A stretch of DNA of 64,000 nt, taken from assembly GCF_009914755.1 (NCBI RefSeq), contig NC_060934.1, one strand, 5' to 3'. The first letter of the stretch is position 1. Each line of letters starts with the position of its first letter. The notes under the pieces were generated by a model that worked only from the letters and a program-made list of their open reading frames with translations, searched no databases and was not told the origin of the DNA. Of this stretch, positions 52,001-63,100 are shown in pieces. The translations under genes were made by a program, and so were the position numbers. Source of the DNA: the human T2T-CHM13v2.0 reference genome, Homo sapiens.

Positions 52001-55000
52001 TTGTAAGTCTGCAGGTGGATATTTGGCCCTCTTTGAGCCCTTCGTTGGAAACGGGATTTCCTCATATAATGCTAGACAGAAAAATTCTCAGTAACTTCTT
52101 TGTGTTGTTTGTATTCAACACACAGATTTGAACCTTCCTTTAGAGAGAGCAGATTTGAAACACTCTGTTTTTGGAATTTGCAAGTGCAGATTTCAAGCGC
52201 TTCTAGGCCTATGGCAGAAAAGGAAATATCTTCGTATAAAAACTACACAGAATCATTCTCAACAACTACTTTGTGATGTGTGCGTTCAACTCACAGAGGT
52301 TAACCTTTCTTTTCATAGAGCAGTTTGGAAACACTCTGTTTGTAAAGCCTGCAAGTGCTTTTTTGGACTTCATTGAGGCCTTCGTTGGAAACGGGATTTC
52401 TTCATACAACGCTAGACAGAAGAATTCTCAGTAACTTCTTTGTGTTGTGTGTATTCAACTCACAGAGTTGAACCTTTCTTTAGAGAGAACAGAATTGAAA
52501 CACTCTGTTTTTGGAATTTGCAAGTGCAGATTTCAAGCGATTCTAGGCCTATGGCAGAAAAGGAAATATCTTCGTATAAAAACTACACAGAATCATTCTC
52601 AACAACTACTTTGTGATGTGTGCATTCAACGCACAGAGTTTAACCTTTCTTTTCATAGAGCAGTTTGGAAACACTCTGTTTGTAAAGCCTGCAAGTGCTT
52701 TTTTGGACTTCATTGAGGCCTTCGTTGGAAACAGGATTTCTTCATATAATGCTAGACAGAAGAATTCTCAGTCACTTCTTTGTGTTGTGTGTATTCAAGT
52801 CACAGAGTTGAACCTTCCTTTAGACAGAGCAGTTTTGAAAAATTCTTTCTGTGCAGTTTCCAAGTGGAGATTTCAAGCGATTTGAGGCTAATCTTTGAAA
52901 TGGAAATATCTTCGTGTAAAAACTACACAGAATCATTCTCAGAAACTGCTTTGTCATCTGTGCGTTCAGTTCACAGAGTTTCACCTTTCTCTTCATAGAG
53001 CAGTTTGGAAAGACTCTGTCTGTAAAGTCTGCAAGTGATTAGTTAGACCCCTTTGAGGCCTTCGTTGGAAGCGGGATTTCTCATTTACTGCTAGACAGAA
53101 GAATTCTCAGTAAATCCTTTGTGTTGTGTGTATTCAACTCACAGAGTGGAACCTTCCTTTATTCAGAGCAGTTTTGAAAAACACTTTTTGTGGAATTTGC
53201 AAGTGGACATTTCAAGCGATTTGACGCCAATCTTAGACATGGAAATATCTTCATATTAAAAGTACACAGAGTCATTCGTAGAAACTAGTTTGTGATGTGT
53301 GCCTTCAACTCACAGAGTTTAACCTTTCTTTTCATAGAGCAGTTTGGAAACACTCTATTTGTAAAGTCTGCAAGTGGATATTTGGACCTCTTTGAGGCCT
53401 TCGTTGGAAACGGGATTTCTTCATACAACGCTAGACAGAAGAATTCTCAGTAACTTCTTTGTGTTGTGTGTATTCAACTCACAGAGTTGAACCTTTCTTT
53501 AGAGAGAGCAGAGTTGAAACACTCTGTTTTTGGAATTTGCAAGTGCAGATTTCAAGCGATTCTAGGCCTATGGCAGAAAAGGAAATATCTTCGTATAAAA
53601 ACTACACAGAATCATTCTCAACAACTACTTTGTGATGTGTGCGTTCAACTCACAGAGTTTAACCTTTCTTTTCATAGAGCAGTTTGGAAACACTCTGTTT
53701 GTAAAGCCTGCAAGTGCTTTTTTGGACTTCATTGAGGCCTTCGTTGGAAACGGGATTTCTTCATATAATGCTAGACAGAAGAATTCTCAGTCACTTCTTT
53801 GTGTTGTGTGTATTCAAGTCACAGAGTTGAACCTTCCTTTAGACAGAGCAGTTTTGAAAAATTCTTTCTGTGTAATTTGCAAGTGGAGATTTCAAGCGAT
53901 TTGAGGCTAATCTTTGAAATGGAAATATCTTCGTGTAAAAACTACACAGAATCATTCTCAGAAACTGCTTTGTCATCTGTGCGTTCAGTTCACAGAGTTT
54001 CACCTTTCTCTTCATAGAGCAGTTTGGAAAGACTCTGTCTGTAAAGTCTGCAAGTGATTAGTTAGACCCCTTTGAGGCCTTCGTTGGAAGCGGGATTTCT
54101 CATTTACTGCTAGACAGAAGAATTCTCAGTAAATCCTTTGTGTTGTGTGTATTCAACTCACAGAGTGGAACCTTCCTTTATTCAGAGCAGTTTTGAAACA
54201 CTCTTTTTGTGGAATTTGCAAGTGGAGATTTCAAGCGATTTGACGCCAATCTTAGACATGGAAATATCTTCATATTAAAAGTACACAGAGTCATTCGTAG
54301 AAACTAGTTTGTGATGTGTGCCTTCAACTCACAGAGTTTAACCTTTCTTTTCATAGAGCAGTTGGGAAACACTCTATTTGTAAAGTCTGCAAGTGGATAT
54401 TTGGACCTCTTTGAGGCCTTCGTTGGAAACGGGATTTCTTCATATAACGCTAGACAGAAGATTTCTCAGTAACTTCTTTGTGTTGTGTGTATTCAACTCA
54501 CAGAGTTGAACATTTCTTTAGAGGGAGCAGAGGTGAAACACTCTTTTTGTGGAATTTGCTAGTGTAGATTTCAAACGCTTCGAAGACAGTGATAGAAAAG
54601 GATATATCTTCGTATTAAAAGTAGACAAAATCATTCTCAGAAAACTCTTTGTGATGTGTGTGTTCAACTCACAGAGTTTAACCTTTCTTTAATCGAGCAG
54701 TTTGGAAATACACTCTTTGTAAGTCTGCAGGTGGATATTTGGCCCTCTTTGAGCCCTTCGTTGGAAACGGGATTTCCTCATATAATGCTAGACAGAAGAA
54801 TTCTCAGTAACTTCTTTGTGTTGTTTGTATTCAACACACAGATTTGAACCTTCCTTTAGAGAGAGCAGATTTGAAACACTCTGTTTTTGGAATTTGCAAG
54901 TGCAGATTTCAAGCGCTTCTAGGCCTATGGCAGAAAAGGAAATATCTTCGTATAAAAACTACACAGAATCATTCTCAACAACTACTTTGTGATGTGTGCG

Positions 55001-57175
55001 TTCAACTCACAGAGGTTAACCTTTCTTTTCATAGAGCAGTTTGGAAACACTCTGTTTGTAAAGCCTGCAAGTGCTTTTTTGGACTTCATTGAGGCCTTCG
55101 TTGGAAACGGGATTTCTTCATACAACGCTAGACAGAAGAATTCTCAGTAACTTCTTTGTGTTGTGTGTATTCAACTCACTGAGTTGAACCTTTCTTTAGA
55201 GAGAACAGAGTTGAAACACTCTGTTTTTGGAATTTGCAAGTGCAGATTTCAAGCGATTCTAGGCCTATGGCAGAAAAGGAAATATCTTCGTATAAAAACT
55301 ACACAGAATCATTCTCAACAACTACTTTGTGATGTGTGCGTTCAACTCACAGAGTTTAACCTTTCTTTTCATAGAGCAGTTTGGAAACACTCTGTTTGTA
55401 AAGCCTGCAAGTGCATTTTTGGACTTCATTGAGGCCTTCGTTGGAAACGGGATTTCTTCATATAATGCTAGACAGAAGAATTCTAAGTCACTTCTTTGTG
55501 TTGTGTGTATTCAAGTCACAGAGTTGAACCTTCCTTTAGACAGAGCAGTTTTGAAAAATTCTTTCTGTGGAGTTTGCAAGTGGAGATTTCAAGCGATTTG
55601 AGGCTAATCTTTGAAATGGAAATATCTTCGTGTAAAAACTACACAGAATCATTCTCAGAAACTGCTTTGTCATCTGTGCGTTCAGTTCACAGAGTTTCAC
55701 CTTTCTCTTCATAGAGCAGTTTGGAAAGACTCTGTCTGTAAAGTCTGCAAGTGATTAGTTAGACCCCTCTGAGGCCTTCGTTGGAAGCGGGATTTCTCAT
55801 TTACTGCTAGACAGAAGAATTCTCAGTAAATCCTTTGTGTTGTGTGTATTCAACTCACAGAGTGGAACCTTCCTTTATTCAGAGCAGTTTTGAAAAACAC
55901 TTTTTGTGGAATTTGCAAGTGGAGATTTCAAGCGATTTGACGCCAATCTTAGACATGGAAATATCTTCATATTAAAAGTACACAGAGTCATTCGTAGAAA
56001 CTAGTTTGTGATGTGTGCCTTCAACTCACAGAGTTTAACCTTTCTTTTCATAGAGCAGTTTGGAAACACTCTATTTGTAAAGTCTGCAAGTGGATATTTG
56101 GACCTCTTTGAGGCCTTCGTTGGAAACGGGATTTCTTCATACAACGCTAGACAGAAGAATTCTCAGTAACTTCTTTGTGTTGTGTGTATTCAACTCACAG
56201 AGTTGAACCTTTCTTTAGAGAGAGCAGAGTTGAAACACTCTGTTTTTGGAATTTGCAACTGCAGATTTCAAGCGATTCTAGGCCTATGGCAGAAAAGGAA
56301 ATATCTTCGTATAAAAACTACACAGAATCATTCTCAACAACTACTTTGTGATGTGTGCGTTCAACTCACAGAGTTTAAACTTTCTTTTCATAGAGCAGTT
56401 TGGAAACACTCTGTTTGTAAAGCCTGCAAGTGCTTTTTTGGACTTCATTGAGGCCTTCGTTGGAAACGGGATTTCTTCATATAATGCTAGACAGAAGAAT
56501 TCTCAGTCACTTCTTTGTGTTGTGTGTATTCAAGTCACAGAGTTGAACCTTCCTTTAGACAGAGCAGTTTTGAAAAATTCTTTCTGTGTAATTTGCAAGT
56601 GGAGATTTCAAGCGATTTGAGGCTAATCTTTGAAATGGAAATATCTTCGTGTAAAAACTACACAGAATCATTCTCAGAAACTGCTTTGTCATCTGTGCGT
56701 TCAGTTCACAGAGTTTCACCTTTCTCTTCATAGAGCAGTTTGGAAAGACTCTGTCTGTAAAGTCTGCAAGTGATTAGTTAGACCTCTTTGAGGCCTTCGT
56801 TGGAAGCGGGATTTCTCATTTACTGCTAGACAGAAGAATTCTCAGTAAATCCTTTGTGTTGTGTGTATTCAACTCACAGAGTGGAACCTTCCTTTATTCA
56901 GAGCAGTTTTGAAACACTCTTTTTGTGGAATTTGCAAGTGGAGATTTCAAGCGATTTGACGCCAATCTTAGACATGGAAATATCTTCATATTAAAAGTAC
57001 ACAGAGTCATTCGTAGAAACTAGTTTGTGATGTGTGCCTTCAACTCACAGAGTTTAACCTTTCTTTTCATAGAGCAGTTGGGAAACACTCTATTTGTAAA
57101 GTCTGCAAGTGGATATTTGGACCTCTTTGAGGCCTTCGTTGGAAACGGGATTTCTTCATATAACGCTAGACAGAG
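49028..57175 (+). repeat. Three tandem 16-mer units (D-A'-A''-B-C-A''-B-C, 2716 bp each)
   Basis: D dimers at 49028, 51744, 54460 and 57176; ORF offset of 2716 (49731/52447/55163). Confidence 0.9.
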
Positions 57176-60100
57176 GAATTCTCAGTAACTTCTTTGTGTT
57201 GTGTGTATTCAACTCACAGAGTTGAACCTTTCTTTAGAGGGAGCAGAGGTGAAACAGTCTTTTTGTGGAATTTGCTAGTGTAGATTTCAAACGCTTCGAA
57301 GTCAGTGATAGAAAAGGATATATCTTCGTATTAAAAGTAGACAAAATCATTCTCAGAAAACTCTTTGTGATGTGTGTGTTCAACTCACAGAGTTTAACCT
57401 TTCTTTAATCGAGCAGTTTGGAAATACACTCTTTGTAAGTCTGCAGGTGGATATTTGGCCCTCTTTGAGCCCTTCTTTGGAAACGGGATTTCCTCTTATA
57501 ATGCTAGACAGAAGAATTCTCAGTAACTTCTCTGTGTTGTTTGTATTCAACACACAGATTTGAACCTTGCTTTAGAGAGAGCAGATTTGAAACACTCTGT
57601 TTTTGGAATTTGCAAGTGCAGATTTCAAGCACTTCTAGGCCTATGGCAGAAAAGGAAATATCTTCGTATAAAAACTACACAGAATCATTCTCAACAACTA
57701 CTTTGTGATGTGTGCGTACAACTCACAGAGTTTAACCTTTCTTTTCATAGAGCAGTTTGCAAACACTCTGTTTGTAAAGCCTGCAAGTGCTTTTTTGGAC
57801 TTCATTGAGGCCTTCGTTGGAAACGGGATTTCTTCATATAATGCTAGACAGAAGAATTCTCAGTCACTTCTTTGTGTTGTGTGTATTCAAGTCACAGAGT
57901 TGAACCTTCCTTTAGACAGAGCAGTTTTGAAAAATTCTTTCTGTGGAGTTTGCAAGTGGAGATTTCCAGCGATTTGAGGCTAATCTTTGAAATGGAAATA
58001 TCTTCGTGTAAAAACTACACAGAATCATTCTCAGAAACTGCTTTGTCATCTGTGCGTTCAGTTCACAGAGTTTCACCTTTCTCTTCATAGAGCAGTTTGG
58101 AAAGACTCTGTCTGTAAAGTCTGCAAGTGATTAGTTAGACCCCTTTGAGGCCTTCGTTGGAAGCGGGATTTCTCATTTACTGCTAGACAGAAGAATTCTC
58201 AGTAAATCCTTTGTGTTGTGTGTATTCAACTCACAGAGTGGAACCTTCCTTTATTCAGAGCAGTTTTGAAAAACACTTTTTGTGGAATTTGCAAGTGGAG
58301 ATTTCAAGCGATTTGACGCCAATCTTAGACATGGAAATATCTTCATATTAAAAGTACACAGAGTCATTCGTAAAAACTAGTTTGTGATGTGTGCCTTCAA
58401 CTCACAGAGTTTAACCTTTCTTTTCATAGAGCAGTTTGGAAACACTCTATTTGTAAAGTCTGCAAGTGGATATTTGGACCTCTTTGAAGCCTTCGTTGGA
58501 AACGGGATTTCTTCATACAACGCTAGACAGAAGAATTCTCAGTAACTTCTTTCTGTTGTGTGTATTCAACTCACAGAGTTGAACCTTTCTTTAGAGAGAG
58601 CAGAGTTGAAACACTCTGTTTTTGGAATTTGCAACTGCAGATTTCAAGCGATTCTAGGCCTATGGCAGAAAAGGAAATATCTTCGTATAAAAACTACACA
58701 GAATCATTCTCAACAACTACTTTGTGATGTGTGCGTTCAACTCACAGAGTTTAACCTTTCTTTTCATAGAGCAGTTTGGAAACACTCTGTTTGTAAAGCC
58801 TGCAAGTGCTTTTTTGGACTTCATTGAGGCCTTCGTTGGAAACGGGATTTCTTCATATAATGCTAGACAGAAGAATTCTCAGTCACTTCTTTGTGTTGTG
58901 TGTATTCAAGTCACAGAGTTGAACCTTCCTTTAGACAGAGCAGTTTTGAAAAATTCTTTCTGTGGAGTTTGCAAGTGGAGATTTCAAGCGATTTGAGGCT
59001 AATCTTTGAAATGGAAATATCTTCGTGTAAAAACTACACAGAATCATTCTCAGAAACTGCTTTGTCATCTGTGCGTTCAGTTCACAGAGTTTCACCTTTC
59101 TCTTCATAGAGCAGTTTGGAAAGACTCTGTCTGTAAAGTCTGCAAGTGATTAGTTAGACCCCTTTGAGGCCTTCGTTGGAAGCGGGATTTCTCATTTACT
59201 GCTAGACAGAAGAATTCTCAGTAAATCCTTTGTGTTGTGTGTATTCAACTCACAGAGTGGAACCTTCCTTTATTCAGAGCAGTTTTGAAAAACACTTTTT
59301 GTGGAATTTGCAAGTGGAGATTTCAAGCGATTTGACGCCAATCTTAGACATGGAAATATCTTCATATTAAAAGTACACAGAGTCATTCGTAAAAACTAGT
59401 TTGTGATGTGTGCCTTCAACTCACAGAGTTTAACCTTTCTTTTCATAGAGCAGTTTGGAAACACTCTATTTGTAAAGTCTGCAAGTGGATATTTGGACCT
59501 CTTTGAGGCCTTCGTTGGAAACAGGATTTCTTCATACAACGCTAGACAGAAGAATTCTCAGTAACTTCTTTGTGTTGTGTGTATTCAACTCACAGAGTTG
59601 AACCTTTCTTTAGAGAGAGCAGAGTTGAAACACTCTGTTTTTGGAATTTGCAAGTGCAGATTTCAAGCGATTCTAGGCCTATGGCAGAAAAGTAAATATC
59701 TTCGTATAAAAACTACACAGAATCATTCTCAACAACTACTTTGTGATGTGTGCGTTCAACTCACAGAGTTTAACCTTTCTTTTCATAGAGCAGTTTGGAA
59801 ACACTCTGTTTGTAAAGCCTGCAAGTGCTTTTTTGGACTTCATTGAGGCCTTCGTTGGAAACGGGATTTCTTCATATAATGCTAGACAGAAGAATTCTCA
59901 GTCACTTCTTTGTGTTGTGTGTATTCAAGTGACAGAGTTGAACCTTCCTTTAGACAGAGCAGTTTTGAAAAATTCTTTCTGTGGAGTTTGCAAGTGGAGA
60001 TTTCAAGCGATTTGAGGCTAATCTTTGAAATGGAAATATCTTCGTGTAAAAACTACACAGAATCATTCTCAGAAACTGCTTTGTCATCTGTGCGTTCAGT

Positions 60101-63100
60101 TCACAGAGTTTCACCTTTCTCTTCATAGAGCAGTTTGGAAAGACTCTGTCTGTAAAGTCTGCAAGTGATTAGTTAGACCCCTTTGAGGCCTTCGTTGGAA
60201 GCGGGATTTCTCATTTACTGCTAGACAGAAGAATTCTCAGTAAATCCTTTGTGTTGTGTGTATTCAACTCACAGAGTGGAACCTTCCTTTATTCAGAGCA
60301 GTTTTGAAAAACACTTTTTGTGGAATTTGCAAGTGGAGATTTCAAGCGATTTGACGCCAATCTTAGACATGGAAATATCTTCATATTAAAAGTACACAGA
60401 GTCATTCGTAGAAACTAGTTTGTGATGTGTGCCTTCAACTCACAGAGTTTAACCTTTCTTTTCATAGAGCAGTGTGGAAACACTCTATTTGTAAAGTCTG
60501 CAAGTGGATATTTGGACCTCTTTGAGGCCTTCGTTGGAAACGGGATTTCTTCATACAACGCTAGACAGAAGAATTCTCAGTAACTTCTTTGTGTTGTGTG
60601 TATTCAACTCACAGAGTTGAACCTTTCTTTAGAGAGAGCAGAGTTGAAACACTCTGTTTTTGGAATTTGCAACTGCAGATTTCAAGCAATTCTAGGCCTA
60701 TGGCAGAAAAGGAAATATCTTCGTATAAAAACTACACAGAATCATTCTCAACAACTACTTTGTGATGTGTGTGTTCAACTCACAGAGTTTAACCTTTCTT
60801 TTCGTAGAGCAGTTTGGAAACACTCTGTTTGTAAAGCCTGCAAGTGCTTTTTTGGACTTCATTGAGGCCTTCGTTGGAAACGGGATTTCTTCATATAATG
60901 CTAGACAGAAGAATTCTCAGTCACTTCTTTGTGTTGTGTGTATTCAAGTCACAGAGTTGAACCTTCCTTTAGACAGAGCAGTTTTGAAAAATTCTTTCTG
61001 TGGAGTTTGCAAGTGGAGATTTCAAGCGATTTGAGGCTAATCTTTGAAATGGAAATATCTTCGTGTAAAAACTACACAGAATCATTCTCAGAAACTGCTT
61101 TGTCATCTGTGCGTTCAGTTCACAGAGTTTCACCTTTCTCTTCATAGAGCAGTTTGGAAAGACTCTGTCTGTAAAGTCTGCAAGTGATTAGTTAGACCCC
61201 TTTGAGGCCTTCGTTGGAAGCGGGATTTCTCATTTACTGCTAGACAGAAGAATTCTCAGTAAATCCTTTGTGTTGTGTGTATTCAACTCACAGAGTGGAA
61301 CCTTCCTTTATTCAGAGCAGATTTGAAAAACACTTTTTGTGGAATTTGCAAGTGGAGATTTCAAGCGATTTGACGCCAATCTTAGACATGGAAATATCTT
61401 CATATTAAAAGTACACAGAGTCATTCGTAGAAACTAGTTTGTGATGTGTGCCTTCAACTCACAGAGTTTAACCTTTCTTTTCATAGAGCAGTTTGGAAAC
61501 ACTCTATTTGTAAAGTCTGCAAGTGGATATTTGGACCTCTTTGAGGCCTTCGTTGGAAACGGGATTTCTTCATACAACGCTAGACAGAAGAATTCTCAGT
61601 AACTTCTTTGTGTTGTGTGTATTCAACTCACAGAGTTGAACCTTTCTTTAGAGGGAGCAGAGGTGAAACACTCTTTTTGTGGAATTTGCTAGTGTAGATT
61701 TCAAACGCTTCGAAGACAGTGATAGAAAATGATATATCTTCGTATTAAAAGTAGACAAAATCATTCTCAGAAAACTCTTTGTGATGTGTGTGTTCAACTC
61801 ACAGAGTTTAACCTTTCTTTAATCGAGCAGTTTGGAAATACACTCTTTGTAAGTCTGCAGGTGGATATTTGGCCCTCTTTGGGCCCTTCGTTGGAAACGG
61901 GATTTCCTCATATAATGCTAGACAGAAGAATTCTCAGTAACTTCTTTGTGTTGTTTGTATTCAACACACAGATTTGAACCTTCCTTTAGAGAGAGCAGAT
62001 TTGAAACACTCTGTTTTTGGAATTTGCAAGTGCAGATTTCAAGCGATTCTAGGCCTATGGCAGAAAAGGAAATATCTTCGTATAAAAACTACACAGAATC
62101 ATTCTCAACAACTACTTTGTGATGTGTGCGTTCAACTCACAGAGGTTAACCTTTCTTTTCATAGAGCAGTTTGGAAACACTCTGTTTGTAAAGCCTGCAA
62201 GTGCTTTTTTGGACTTCATTGAGGCCTTCGTTGGAAACGGGATTTCTTCATACAACGCTAGACAGAAGAATTCTCAGTAACTTCTTTGTGTTGTGTGTAT
62301 TCAACTCACAGAGTTGAACCTTTCTTTAGAGAGAACAGAGTTGAAACACTCTGTTTTTGGAATTTGCAAGTGCAGATTTCAAGCGATTCTAGGCCTATGG
62401 CAGAAAAGGAAATATCTTCGTATAAAAACTACACAGAATCATTCTCAACAACTACTTTGTGATGTGTGCATTCAACTCACAGAGTTTAACCTTTCTTTTC
62501 ATAGAGCAGTTTGGAAACACTCTGTTTGTAAAGCCTGCAAGTGCTTTTTTGGACTTCATTGAGGCCTTCGTGGGAAACGGGATTTCTTCATATAATGCTA
62601 GACAGAAGAATTCTCAGTCACTTCTTTGTATTGTGTGTATTCAAGTCACAGAGTTGAACCTTCCTTTAGACAGAGCAGTTTTGAAAAATTCTTTCTGTGG
62701 AGTTTGCAAGTGGAGATTTCAAGCGATTTGAGGCTAATCTTTGAAATGGAAATATCTTCGTGTAAAAACTACACAGAATCATTCTCAGAAACTGCTTTGT
62801 CATCTGTGCGTTCAGTTCACAGAGTTTCACCTTTCTCTTCATAGAGCAGTTTGGAAAGACTCTGTCTGTAAAGTCTGCAAGTGATTAGTTAGACCCCTTT
62901 GAGGCCTTCGTCGGAAGCGGGATTTCTCATTTACTGCTAGACAGAAGAATTCTCAGTAAATCCTTTGTGTTGTGTGTATTCAACTCACAGAGTGGAACCT
63001 TCCTTTATTCAGAGCAGTTTTGAAAAACACTTTTTGTGGAATTTGCAAGTGGAGATTTCAAGCGATTTGACGCCAATCTTAGACATGGAAATATCTTCAT

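Noticed and set aside
41561-52760. A second 7467-bp offset (41700/49167, 43283/50750) suggesting a preferred 44-mer period
   Set aside because: The dimer order differs from the 12.5-27 kb unit and the match ends after ~3.7 kb. The equal length follows from equal dimer composition, and the similarity is explained by the shared 16-mer.
27259-62922. CENP-B box variants at 27259, 48986, 62566 and 62906 as loss-of-function
   Set aside because: The changes fall at non-essential N positions of NTTCGNNNNANNCGGGN.
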